Below the pieces are notes generated by a model, which worked only from the letters and a program-made list of their open reading frames with translations, was not told the origin of the DNA and made no database searches. From Candidatus Rokuibacteriota bacterium (GTDB taxonomy: Bacteria > Methylomirabilota > Methylomirabilia > Rokubacteriales > CSP1-6), in assembly GCA_016184305.1 (NCBI GenBank), contig JACPCX010000189.1, positions 1 to 25,293 on the forward strand: a stretch of DNA of 25,293 nt, read 5' to 3'. The position numbers were made by a program, and so were the translations under genes. Shown here piece after piece: positions 1-8,801 of this stretch. Each line of letters begins with the position of its first letter. Positions within the stretch are counted from its first letter, which is position 1.

Positions 1-210
1 GGGCGGCCCTGCGGGGAGGACGCCAACATCGCCCGGCTCCTGGCCGCCGAGGCGGCCTGGCACGCAGGCGAGGCGTGCATGCAGACCCACGGCGGCTTCG
101 GCTACGCGCGCGAGTACGACGTGGAGCGCAAGTGGCGCGAGAGCCGGCTCTCGCTCACCGCGCCCATCTCGACGAACCTGATCCTGGCCTACATCGGCGA
201 GCACGTCCTG
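1..210 (+). pseudogene. Acyl-CoA dehydrogenase C-terminal part; runs off the left edge, and its normal C-terminus and stop are lost at ~210
   Basis: Frame 1 reads GRPCGEDANIARLLAAEAAWHAGEACMQTHGGFGYAREYDVERKWRESRLSLTAPISTNLILAYIGEHVL, the typical ACAD C-terminal signature (QTHGGxGY..EY.VER.WR). The usual short GLPRSY-like tail and stop are absent, and the frame stays open to 912 antisense to the next gene. Confidence 0.85.
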
Positions 211-305
211 CTGAGCGCGCTCTTCCATCGGGCCCGCAGCATGAGCTCGGGGACACTCCCGCGGACTTCCTCCCTCGCTGGCGATGCGGCCGCGGGCGTG
301 GCCAT
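189..305 (-). pseudogene. Truncated 5' end of a gene downstream of the MBL hydrolase (38 aa, MATPAAASPAREEVRGSVPELMLRARWKSALS|RTCSPM)
   Basis: A GAGGAG RBS precedes an ATG at 305, 22 nt after the stop of 328..1083. The frame runs into the antisense of the ACAD at ~210 and stops at 189. Confidence 0.5.
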
Positions 306-327
306 GTCTTGGCTCCTCGGTTGGCGT

Positions 328-1083
328 TCAGGCGATCTTGATGATGCCGGGCTCGACCTGGTGAAAGCGGTCGGCGACCAGCGGGTCGTGGCCCGCGACG
401 ATCAGCTTCTCCTTCCCGGCCAGCGCGTGGATGGTCTCGAAGGCCTCCAGCATCTCGGGCAGGTTGGTGATGATCTGCACGGGCTGGCGCGTCTCCACGT
501 TGTGGTAGAAGTGCGAGGCATCCGAGGTGAGGACAACCGTGCCGCGCTTGGTCTCGACGCTGACCAGCTGCAGCCCCGCGGTGTGGCCGCCGACCCTGTG
601 CACGCGCAGCCCGGGGAACACCTCTCGGTCGCCGTCGAGGAACCGGACGCGGTTGGCGTAGTTCAGCGTCACGAGCCCGGCCAGCGCATTCACGTTGGCC
701 GACCCCCGAAAGGCCGGCGTCCCGCCGTATTTTCCCGTCCAGAACGCGGCTTCTTCCTGCTGGATCCAGAACTCCGCGTTGGGGAAGAGGCTGTGGCCCG
801 CCCAGTGGTCGTAGTGGAGGTGCGTGATGAGCGAGATCGGCACGTCGGCGGCCTTCACCCCCGCGCGCTCGACCATCGACGCCGGGGTGACGTAGTTGCG
901 CATGCCGCGTGATGTGGCTTCGTCGTCCAAGAAGCCGGTGTCCACGAGGACCGGCTGCGGGCCGCCCAGGATCAGCCAGACGAAGTAGTGGAGCGTGAGC
1001 TTCTCGTGCGACGCCTCGCGGTAGAAGAACTGGCACTTCGTCGTGTCCCGTTCCGAGTACTTGAGCGCATAGACCTCGTACAT
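328..1083 (-). CDS. Metallo-beta-lactamase-fold hydrolase, N-acyl-homoserine lactonase-like family
   Basis: 251 aa with LVDTG, THLHYDH (HxHxDH), GGHTAG, SDASH and C-terminal GHD metal-ligand motifs; GAGGA RBS. Confidence 0.9.
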   Translation of the reverse strand: MYEVYALKYSERDTTKCQFFYREASHEKLTLHYFVWLILGGPQPVLVDTGFLDDEATSRGMRNYVTPASMVERAGVKAADVPISLITHLHYDHWAGHSLFPNAEFWIQQEEAAFWTGKYGGTPAFRGSANVNALAGLVTLNYANRVRFLDGDREVFPGLRVHRVGGHTAGLQLVSVETKRGTVVLTSDASHFYHNVETRQPVQIITNLPEMLEAFETIHALAGKEKLIVAGHDPLVADRFHQVEPGIIKIA

Positions 1084-1101
1084 GGTGTCCTCAGAGTCCC
1101 C

Positions 1102-3912
1102 TCAGGAGCGCGGGGTGATGACGAAGCGGAAGCGGGCGTCAGGCCGGTTATGGCGGCCGACGGCGTCCTGGACCTCCTGGGCGGTGAAGCGCTGGTACTG
1201 GGCCGGGGCGTCGAGGAGATCGTCGAGGCCCAGCCCGCGGTAGTCGAGCGTCGAGAGCCTGCTCAGCCAGAAATTCGGCGTCTTGAGCGTCTCGTCGAGG
1301 AAGTTCGCCGTCTGCTTCTTGGCCACGGCCAGCTCGTCGGGCGTCGGCCCGTCCTTGGCGAACTCGGCATACATCTCTTCCACCGCCGCCGCCAGCGCCG
1401 GCGCCTTGCCGGCGTCAGTCGGGGCGATCGCCGCGAAGAGCCCGAACCCCGGATAGACCACGCCCGGCTCGGAGGACGCGCCGATGCTGTAGACGAGCTG
1501 CTTGTCCTCGCGGAGGGTCTTCGTCATGCGCGTGGTCAGCACGCGCGCAGCCAGGCTGAGCAGCCGCGTGTCGCGCACGTCGCGGAGGTCGGCCCCAAAA
1601 AAGCCGGCGAGGACGGCGGCCTGGGGCGAGAGCACCTGGACCGACTCGCCGACGCTGATCGGCCCTTGCGGGCGGCCCATGGCGCGGAGATCGGCGAGCG
1701 TCTTGTCTCCGATGCGCGGCCGCGCGGGCAGCGCGCCCAGGTACCGCGCCACGAGGCGCGTGGCCGTCTCGCGGTCGACGTCGCCGACCACGGCCACCTC
1801 GATGGGCGCCTCCGTGATGAGGCGCCGGAGCCACGCCTGCGCGTCCGGGCGGGTGATCGCGCGCACCTGCTCGACGGTCAGCGACTTCGGCCGGACCTCG
1901 TCTCGCGGATAGATGGCCGCCGCGCTCGTATCCACCAGCACCTGCATCGGCTGGGTCTTTCGCTGGGTGATCCGCTGCGCCTCCGCATCCCTCCACTGCT
2001 CGAGGGCCGGCTGTTCGATGAGCGGATCGGTGAGCAGCAGATAGGCCAGCTGGAGCCCGCGCTCGAGCTCGGCGGCATCGCCGGAGACCGCCAGCGTCAC
2101 GGTGTCGCCGGTCGCCGCGCCCTGCACGCGCACCTTCGCTCCCGTCATCAGGTCCCGGATCTGGGTGCTCGACAGCCTGCTCGTCGCCGGGCGGTCCCAG
2201 GCGCGCAGCGCGGCCTCGGTGATCCCGCGGTTCGCCGCCGTCTCCTGGATCGGCCCCCCGGCCAGCGTGATCGCGACGCTCGCCTCGTTCCTGCGCTGAT
2301 CCATGTGGCGATGGTGCACGCGCAGGCCGTTGTCGAGCCACAGTGACGTCACGCCGCTCGCCGCGTGCGGCACGCTCTCCACCACGGCGCCGTCGCGAGG
2401 CGGGGCCGCCAGGAGCGTCGTCGCCCGCGTCCCGTCGACCGGCTTGCCGGGTGTGACGGCGACGGCGGCCCTGCCGAGCGCCAGGAACTGGGCCTCGCTC
2501 GCCACGCCGTCGCTCGCGGGAAGCTCGGCGACGAAGAGGGCGCGGCTCGGGTCGAAGGCGGTGGCGAAGGCGTTCGAGACCTCGCGGGCCGTGATGCCGG
2601 GCAGCAGGCGCTGGAGGAGCGCGAGCGTCTGGGCGGCCGACATCGGCCGGCTCCCGCGGGTGACATCCCCGTGGAGCTGGCGCAGCACCTCGCGCGCCGG
2701 GCGCGTCGCCTCCCGCCGCACGCCCTCCTCCGCATCGGCCAGGAGCGCCACGCGCGCGTCCTGCACGTCGCGCTCGGCGAAGCCGTGGAGCCGGGCGCGC
2801 TGGAGAGCGATCCCGAGGTCCTTCAGCATGGCCCGCCACGTCCCCGGCAGGCCCGAGGCGTCGAGGGTGATCATCCGCATCGTGCCGGGCCACTCCCGCA
2901 TCGATGCGTTCGCCGCGAGGAACGAGGCGCGGCCCGCCGCGACCTCCGCGCTCGTCCGGCGATCGAACGCCCACATGCCGATGCGCTCGACCAGCTCGCG
3001 CCGCTCCCGGCCAACCGTCGTCGCCGGGCCCCGCGGCGGCGCGATCCTTGCGATCGAAACCGCGGCCCGCGTCAGCTCGGGATCGGTCACGACGATGACC
3101 CGCTGCCCCGCCGTCGGCTTGACTCCGACATCGCGGGGCGCCGGCTTCGGCACGGCGCGGCCGCCGCCGAACTGCTGCGCGATGACCTGGGCGACCATGG
3201 CGGGGTCCGTGTCGCCCACCACGATGACCGTCATGTTGCTCGGCACGTACCAGCGCGAGTAGTAGTCCTGGAAATCCGGGCGCGTTACCGAGTTGATCGT
3301 CTGCTCGATGCCGATGGGCAGCCGCCGTCCGAGCGTGGACTCCGGAGCCAGCCGCTCGAAGAACTGGTCCTGCACCCGCTGGCGCGCGCTCGAGCGCGCG
3401 CGCTTCTCCTCGAGGATGATCTGGCGCTCCCTGTCGATCTCGGCGGGCTCCAGGCTCATGCGCGTGGCGATGTCCGCCATGTACAGCAGCCCCTTCTCGA
3501 CGAGGTCGCGTCCCCCGCCCGGCAGCGTCAGCGTGTAGGTGGTCCGGTCGAAGCCCGTGAAGGCGTTCTGGTCGCGTCCGAAGGCCATGCCCAGGGACTG
3601 GAAGAAGGGCACGACCGAGCCCGGCGGGAAGTTGGCGGTGCCGTTGAACGCCATGTGCTCGAGATAGTGGGCGAGGCCCCGCTGCGCCTCTGTTTCGTTG
3701 AGTGAGCCCGAGGCAACGTGGAGCCAGATGCCCACGCGCCCCTCGGGGTTCTTGTGCGGGCGGATGATGTAGGCGAGCCCGTTGGGCAGGGTGCCCGTGA
3801 CGAGCGCGGGGTCGGTCGGAAGTTTCTCGTCTGCGGGCGAGGCGGCCGGGGCCGGGCCCGGAAACGTCACCAGCAGCACCGCCGTCATCAGCGAGATCAG
3901 GAATGCCGGCAT
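1102..3912 (-). CDS. M16 family (insulinase/PqqL-like) zinc metallopeptidase with signal peptide
   Basis: Inverted zincin HYLEH in GSLNE...GLAHYLEHMAFNG, NAFT, WYVPSNMTVIVVGD; second-half LRE...LVYS. Start moved to the ATG at 3912 (GGAGG RBS; hydrophobic MPAFLISLMTAVLLVTFPGPAPA leader). Confidence 0.93.
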   Translation of the reverse strand: MPAFLISLMTAVLLVTFPGPAPAASPADEKLPTDPALVTGTLPNGLAYIIRPHKNPEGRVGIWLHVASGSLNETEAQRGLAHYLEHMAFNGTANFPPGSVVPFFQSLGMAFGRDQNAFTGFDRTTYTLTLPGGGRDLVEKGLLYMADIATRMSLEPAEIDRERQIILEEKRARSSARQRVQDQFFERLAPESTLGRRLPIGIEQTINSVTRPDFQDYYSRWYVPSNMTVIVVGDTDPAMVAQVIAQQFGGGRAVPKPAPRDVGVKPTAGQRVIVVTDPELTRAAVSIARIAPPRGPATTVGRERRELVERIGMWAFDRRTSAEVAAGRASFLAANASMREWPGTMRMITLDASGLPGTWRAMLKDLGIALQRARLHGFAERDVQDARVALLADAEEGVRREATRPAREVLRQLHGDVTRGSRPMSAAQTLALLQRLLPGITAREVSNAFATAFDPSRALFVAELPASDGVASEAQFLALGRAAVAVTPGKPVDGTRATTLLAAPPRDGAVVESVPHAASGVTSLWLDNGLRVHHRHMDQRRNEASVAITLAGGPIQETAANRGITEAALRAWDRPATSRLSSTQIRDLMTGAKVRVQGAATGDTVTLAVSGDAAELERGLQLAYLLLTDPLIEQPALEQWRDAEAQRITQRKTQPMQVLVDTSAAAIYPRDEVRPKSLTVEQVRAITRPDAQAWLRRLITEAPIEVAVVGDVDRETATRLVARYLGALPARPRIGDKTLADLRAMGRPQGPISVGESVQVLSPQAAVLAGFFGADLRDVRDTRLLSLAARVLTTRMTKTLREDKQLVYSIGASSEPGVVYPGFGLFAAIAPTDAGKAPALAAAVEEMYAEFAKDGPTPDELAVAKKQTANFLDETLKTPNFWLSRLSTLDYRGLGLDDLLDAPAQYQRFTAQEVQDAVGRHNRPDARFRFVITPRS

Positions 3913-3978
3913 GGCGCCTCCTGTCACGGAGGCTAACCGGTACACGTAAGGGGCCCGGGAGAGCAGCATGAGGAGATT

Positions 3979-4284
3979 CTACGCAGGCCTCTCTCCCCTG
4001 ATCTCGGCGATCTTGCGGTCGCGATCGCCCGCCAGCCGCTCCTGGTCGCGCCGCAGCTCATCGTTCAGCTTGTCGACCTCTTCGTGGATCCGGGCGGCGG
4101 CCAGGGCTGCCTGGTGGAGGATCTCGCGCTCGGCGGCCTTGGCCTGGTGGAACTGGCGGGCCTCGGCGATGGCGGCCTTCTGCGTGGCGGTGAGCGGGTG
4201 TTCCTCGACGCTGGCCTCCTTGTCCTTTCGCCGGAGGCGCTCCATCGCCAGCTCGTACGCGCTCTTCGGGGCGTCGTCGCTCAT
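3979..4284 (-). CDS. Small helical/coiled-coil hypothetical protein (101 aa)
   Basis: MSDDAPKSAYELAMERLRRKD... is charged and helical, has normal codon usage and fills the gap between neighbours. ATG at 4284 chosen because the longer start overlaps the upstream gene. Confidence 0.8.
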   Translation of the reverse strand: MSDDAPKSAYELAMERLRRKDKEASVEEHPLTATQKAAIAEARQFHQAKAAEREILHQAALAAARIHEEVDKLNDELRRDQERLAGDRDRKIAEIRGERPA

Positions 4285-4298
4285 GATTCCACAGCGTG

Positions 4299-4616
4299 CT
4301 AGGGCAGGTGCGGTTTGACGTCGGCCTCGGTCAGGGGCGACTGGGCGTCCTTCCACCAGTGGTCGGGATCGCGGCGGATCTCGAAGACCACCTTGCCCCG
4401 ATCAGGGCAGCGATAGGCCATGACATTGGCCGAGGACATGCCATTGACGAGCCCATAGAGCCGGGCGCTCTGCTGGGACAGGACCGGCAGGCAGATCTTC
4501 CCTTCTACACAGCCGTTCGTGATCACGATCTTGTCGCCGACCTTGTGGACAGGGCACCAGGGCGGCAGGTCCGCGATGATCTCCTTGACTTCCATGGTGA
4601 CCGGATAGCGTGGCAT
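4299..4616 (-). CDS. TIGR04076-like small Cys-containing protein
   Basis: Pattern C-P-V-H-K-V-G-D...IC...CPD.GKVVFEIRR matches my recollection of the TIGR04076 family; GGAGGTG RBS. Confidence 0.7.
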   Translation of the reverse strand: MPRYPVTMEVKEIIADLPPWCPVHKVGDKIVITNGCVEGKICLPVLSQQSARLYGLVNGMSSANVMAYRCPDRGKVVFEIRRDPDHWWKDAQSPLTEADVKPHLP

Positions 4617-4641
4617 ATCTCACCTCCCGGGAAATGGTACG

Positions 4642-4671
4642 AGTCTAGCAGGGTGGTCCCCGTCTCCTCAA
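4642..4671 (-). promoter_or_regulatory. Putative sigma-70 promoter for the TIGR04076-like gene
   Basis: Minus strand TTGAGG-N18-TAGACT with an extended -10 (TGc-TAGACT), in the intergenic gap, ~25 nt upstream of the ATG. Confidence 0.5.
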
Positions 4672-4688
4672 CTGCTCGTCCCCCCGCC

Positions 4689-5552
4689 TCAGTCTGCGAG
4701 GTACCGGCGCTCGCGGTCGCTCCACCAGGTGGCGTTGACGACCCGCTCCCGGTCCTTGAAGCTGGCCAGGCGGTCTTCGATGCGGATCGTGTCGCCGTCC
4801 TCTTTGAGGACCTGCAGCACCTCCTGCACGGCCCGGATGGCCGCGCGGTGCGACTGCGACGGGTAGATGCCCAGGCGGTACCCCATCCGCTCCAGCTCGC
4901 GCGCCGGAATCGACGGGGTCTTGCCGCCGTGAAACATGTTGATGACCAGGGGCTTCGTCACGAGCCGGGGGAGACTCGCGACCTCGTCAGCGGTCTCGGG
5001 GGCCTCGACGAACCCCACATCGGCCCCCGCCTCGAGATAGGCGTTGACGCGGTCGACGGCCGCCTGAAACCCCTCGACTGCGCGCGCGTCGGTCCGCGCG
5101 ATGACGAGCATGTCGCCGTCGCGCCGTGTGTCGACCGCCGCCTTGATCTTCCCGACCATTTCTTCGGCCTTGATGACCCCCTTCCCCTCGTAGTGGCCGC
5201 ACTTCTTGGGACTGACCTGATCCTCCAGGTGAAATCCGGCGACCCCCGTCTTCTCGAACTCCCGCACGGTCCGGATCACGTTCGTCGCGTTCCCATAGCC
5301 GTTATCGGCGTCCGCGATGACGGGGATGTCGACGGCCTCGACGCATCGGTTCGCGAACGCGAGGTTCTCGGTGAGCGTCAACAGGCCGATGTCGGGGAAG
5401 CCGCATGCCCGGGAGTACCCGCCTCCGGTCAAGTAGACGGCGTCGAAGCCCGCGAGCTGCGCGAGCCGGGCGCTCAGCGCGTCAAAAGCGCCAGGGATGA
5501 TCGTGTAGCGCGACTGCTCGACCAGCGCCCGCAACGCTTTCCTCGGGTTCAT
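4689..5552 (-). CDS. Isocitrate lyase/PEP mutase family C-C lyase (2-methylisocitrate or 2,3-dimethylmalate lyase-like)
   Basis: PGAFDALSARL, YLTGGG, PVIADADNGYG, LEDQVSPKKCGH, IARTDA, AYLEAGAD motifs. ATG at 5552 with a GAGGAG RBS. Confidence 0.92.
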   Translation of the reverse strand: MNPRKALRALVEQSRYTIIPGAFDALSARLAQLAGFDAVYLTGGGYSRACGFPDIGLLTLTENLAFANRCVEAVDIPVIADADNGYGNATNVIRTVREFEKTGVAGFHLEDQVSPKKCGHYEGKGVIKAEEMVGKIKAAVDTRRDGDMLVIARTDARAVEGFQAAVDRVNAYLEAGADVGFVEAPETADEVASLPRLVTKPLVINMFHGGKTPSIPARELERMGYRLGIYPSQSHRAAIRAVQEVLQVLKEDGDTIRIEDRLASFKDRERVVNATWWSDRERRYLAD

Positions 5553-5619
5553 CGGCTCTCTCCTCTGGGCGCCACGGCCTGGCGTCCGCCCGACCCCCCT
5601 GGCGCCCGAACGAGCGTCG

Positions 5620-7083
5620 TCACCGCCCGGCACGCGCGAGCTGTGCCGCGTGCCGGGCGGCCAGCCGTCCGAACACCAGGCCGCGCAGGACCGAGGTCGA
5701 GCCGGCGTACGATCCGTAGTAGATGCCCATGGTTTCCCCGGCGGCGTAGAGACCCCGGATCACCTCACCGTCGTTGTTCACCACCTCGGCGTCGGGGGTG
5801 ACCTTCAGTCCGCCGAAGGTGAAGACGTTGGACGAGATCATCGGGTAGGCCAGGAAGGGCGGCCGATCGATCGGCCGCGCCCAGTTGGACTTGGGCGGTG
5901 CGATTCCCTCGGTTGCCAGGCCGTCGACTTCCAGCGGCTTGAACGTCCCCGGGCGGCATGCCGCATTGAACGCCTCGAGCGTCTGCGTGAACGCCGCCGC
6001 CGGAACCGCGAGCGTGCCGGCGAGGTCTCGAAGGCTGCCGGCCTCGATCGCCGGCTGATCGGTGCGGAGCGCTCGCTGATAGTTCGGAACGTCGGAGAGC
6101 TTCGCATCCGCGATCATGTAGGCGATTCCGCCCACCTGCGCGAAAATGTGGCGCGTGACCGCCTCGTAGGTGGCGTCCACCGTGGCGGACGCCTCGTCGA
6201 CGAACCGCTGCCCCTGCTGGTTCACGAGCACGCCGTACGGATACGCGAAGATGGCCGGCTCGGAGATCCCGGACCGGGGGTCGATGGGCTCGGCGTGCCA
6301 GCTGCCGAAATCCCCGCACGGCGCCGCCCCGACGGCCAGCCCCATCCGGATGCCTTCGCCCTTGTTGTAGTGGCCCCCGCGGGCGACGGGGCGCAGATAG
6401 AGCGCCCGCGGCCCGACATACTGGGCCATCATCTCGGCGTTGCCCTGGAAGCCGCCGCACGCGAGAACCACCGCGCCGCGGAATTCGATGAGCCGGTTGC
6501 GCGCGCCCACCGCTCGCACCCCGGTGATCGCGCCGTCAGGGGCCTGGATCAAATCGCGCGCCGTCGTTCCGTAGAAGAACGGCACGCCGACCCCCTCGAG
6601 GTGGCTTGACAGCGTCTCGACGAGCGCGAGGCCCCCGCCGATCGGCATGAGCCGCTGCGTGCTCGTGGTGAGAAAGACCGTGGGGAGCCGCTCGAAGCGG
6701 ACGCCGAGCGTCTCGAGCCAGCGCAGGGTCGGCCCGGCGTTCTCGGCGAAGGTCGTGATGACGTCGGGATCGGTGAACGCCATCGCCTTGACGAGCGGGG
6801 GCCAGCTCTCCCGGTCGCGGGTCGTGAGGGCGACCAGCGACGGGTCGAGGTGCCCGCCGGCGTTCGCCGCAAAATGGCTTTCGAAGTCGTCCGAGGGCTC
6901 GTCGAGGCTCTTCATCCGGAGGTAGGCCTCGGTGTACCGGCTGTTGCCGCCACGCTCCGCCCGGGGCGCGCGCTCGAGGATGGCAACGCGCAACCCGGAC
7001 TCGGAGGCCGTCGCGGCTGCCGACAGCCCTGCCACACCGCAGCCCACGACGACGACATCGAAGTCGTGACTCTCAGGTGTCAT
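5620..7083 (-). CDS. SdhA/FrdA-family FAD-dependent oxidoreductase, TcuA (tricarballylate dehydrogenase)-like
   Basis: VVVVGCGVAG FAD motif, ERGGNSRYT, VVLACGGFQGN, PPKSNWARPID, FTFGGL, GLYAAGE. RGGNSR.T and PKSNWA are characteristic of TcuA-like proteins. Confidence 0.85.
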   Translation of the reverse strand: MTPESHDFDVVVVGCGVAGLSAAATASESGLRVAILERAPRAERGGNSRYTEAYLRMKSLDEPSDDFESHFAANAGGHLDPSLVALTTRDRESWPPLVKAMAFTDPDVITTFAENAGPTLRWLETLGVRFERLPTVFLTTSTQRLMPIGGGLALVETLSSHLEGVGVPFFYGTTARDLIQAPDGAITGVRAVGARNRLIEFRGAVVLACGGFQGNAEMMAQYVGPRALYLRPVARGGHYNKGEGIRMGLAVGAAPCGDFGSWHAEPIDPRSGISEPAIFAYPYGVLVNQQGQRFVDEASATVDATYEAVTRHIFAQVGGIAYMIADAKLSDVPNYQRALRTDQPAIEAGSLRDLAGTLAVPAAAFTQTLEAFNAACRPGTFKPLEVDGLATEGIAPPKSNWARPIDRPPFLAYPMISSNVFTFGGLKVTPDAEVVNNDGEVIRGLYAAGETMGIYYGSYAGSTSVLRGLVFGRLAARHAAQLARAGR

Positions 7084-7154
7084 GCGGCGATCTCCTTTTC
7101 GGACCCGCGAGCATCGACCCTCTGCCGCTCATGTCCGTCTCCAGCCCGTCCGCC

Positions 7155-8531
7155 TCACGCCCCGCCCGTGGCCGTCCGGGCCGCGATCCGTCCAAAGATG
7201 GCCGCCTTGCCCAGCGCCGAGCCCGTCATGTACGCGCCGCCGTGGAGCCCCCCGACGACCTCGCCGGCCGCGAAGAGCCCCGCGATCGGCGCGCCGAACA
7301 CATCGATCACGCGCATGCGAGCGTCCACGCGGAGGCCGCAGTAGGTCCCGAAGATGGCCGTCGTGGAGGGGAAGGCGTAGAACGGCGGCCGTTCGATCCG
7401 GCAGAGCGCGCCATGCTTGTGCACGAGATGCCTCCGGCCGAACTTCGGGTCGCTCCCGGCGTCCACGAAGCCGTTGTACTCGGCCACCGTGCGCCGTAGC
7501 GCCTCGCGCGGGACCTCGATCCGTGCCGCCAGCTGCTCCAGGGTGTCGGCCTTGATCATGAGGCCGTCGTCGAGGCGCCGCTCGAAGTCGACAATCCGCA
7601 CGCGGTTCTCGCCCTGCTCGAAGATGGCCTGGTCGAGGATCTGGTACGCGCAGCCGTCAGGCTGGCGCAGACAGGCGTCTCCCAGGAGCTTGTACGAGAT
7701 GGACTCGTCGACGAAGCGCTGGCCGTCCTGATTGACGGCGATCGCTCCCTTGTAGACGGCGAGGAGGGCGTTGAGGTTGGCCATATCGACCGGGTGCTTC
7801 CCGAACGTCCCCTTGATGTACGGCATGTCGCGCACGTCGGCACCAAGCTGCCAGGCCATGCGCAATCCATCGCCGACATTGCCTTCACCGCCGAGCAGAA
7901 GGCACTTGTCGTAGCCCGGCGCGAAGCGGTGGATGAGCTCCGGGTTTCGGCTGAACCCGCCCGAGGCCAGGATGACGCCATGCCGGCTGGCCACCGACAG
8001 GACCTCGCTGCCGCCCTCCGCGCGCACTCCCTCGACTCGCTCTCCGGTCGAGTCGCGGAGGAGCCGGCGTACCGACATCCCGGTCAGGATCTCGACGCGT
8101 CCGGTCGCGCGGGCCCGGCGCGCGAGCAGGCGGACGACGTCGGCGGGGTCCACCGTGTGGACGCGCGGCACGGACTGTCCCGAGGACACCTCGATCACCG
8201 GGCTGAACTCGACCCCCTGCCGCCGCAGCCACTGGTAGGTGTCGAGCTGGTGAGCGACGTAGGCGCGGACGATGTGCTCGTCGTTCTCGAAGGCGCCGAC
8301 CTCGCGCAGATCGCTGAAGAGGAGGTCGTCGGAGTCCTCGATGCCTTGGGCCTGCTGCAGGTCGGTGCCGGCAAACGCCAGACAGCCGCCGCTCAATGCC
8401 GACGAGCCGCCGACCTCGGCCATCTTCTCCAGGAGGAGGACGCTGGTCCCGCCATCCGCCGCCTCGAGCGCAGCGGCCACGCCGGCCAGGCCTCCGCCGA
8501 CCACCACCAGGTCCGCGTTGCGGTCCCGCAT
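7155..8531 (-). CDS. SdhA/flavocytochrome-c-flavin-subunit family FAD-dependent oxidoreductase (cytoplasmic, no heme motifs)
   Basis: VVVGGGLAG, EK..VGGSSALSGG, GQSVPRVH, ILASGGF, G.RFVDES, GLFAAGEVVGGLHG. ATG at 8531 with GGAGG RBS. Confidence 0.88.
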   Translation of the reverse strand: MRDRNADLVVVGGGLAGVAAALEAADGGTSVLLLEKMAEVGGSSALSGGCLAFAGTDLQQAQGIEDSDDLLFSDLREVGAFENDEHIVRAYVAHQLDTYQWLRRQGVEFSPVIEVSSGQSVPRVHTVDPADVVRLLARRARATGRVEILTGMSVRRLLRDSTGERVEGVRAEGGSEVLSVASRHGVILASGGFSRNPELIHRFAPGYDKCLLLGGEGNVGDGLRMAWQLGADVRDMPYIKGTFGKHPVDMANLNALLAVYKGAIAVNQDGQRFVDESISYKLLGDACLRQPDGCAYQILDQAIFEQGENRVRIVDFERRLDDGLMIKADTLEQLAARIEVPREALRRTVAEYNGFVDAGSDPKFGRRHLVHKHGALCRIERPPFYAFPSTTAIFGTYCGLRVDARMRVIDVFGAPIAGLFAAGEVVGGLHGGAYMTGSALGKAAIFGRIAARTATGGA

Positions 8532-8532
8532 C

Positions 8533-8796
8533 CTATCCCTCCATCTCCACATGCGCCGTGCCGGCAGAGCAGACGGCCTTCAGCTGGCGGACCAGGGCCG
8601 GGAGCAGCTCCTGCCAGTCGCCCACGGCGCCGAGCTCGGCCACGTCGAAGATCGCGGCGTCGGGATCATGGTTGAATGGGCCGAGGATCCCGCCCACGCC
8701 CTGCGTGCGAAGCCCGCACCCATCTTCCCGCAGGGCCAGCCGATCCGACGGCACCTTCGGATCCACGATCGGCGCGAAGCAGACCACGACGTGCAC
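8533..8796 (-). pseudogene. etfB/etfA: In-frame deletion fusion of EtfB N-terminus and EtfA C-terminus (87 aa)
   Basis: GTG start with GGGAGG RBS. MHVVVCFAPIVDP...GILGPF resembles an ETF-beta N-terminus. It joins directly to NHDPDAAIFDVAELGAVGDWQELLPAL, the ETF-alpha C-terminal motif (AIN.D..APIF..AD.G.VGD). Confidence 0.75.
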
Positions 8797-8801
8797 GAGC
8801 G

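Noticed and set aside
79..912. 277-aa plus-strand ORF as a complete gene
   Set aside because: Only the first ~44 aa are ACAD-like, continuing a gene from outside the window. The remainder is the antisense shadow of the MBL hydrolase.
328..1083. Quorum-quenching or antibiotic-resistance function for the MBL protein
   Set aside because: The fold and family are clear, but this family is broad and substrate cannot be inferred from motifs.
7073..7132. 19-aa ORF MSGRGSMLAGPKRRSPHDT with a GGAG RBS between the two flavoproteins
   Set aside because: It could be another deleted-gene stub, but it is too short and has no recognisable motif.
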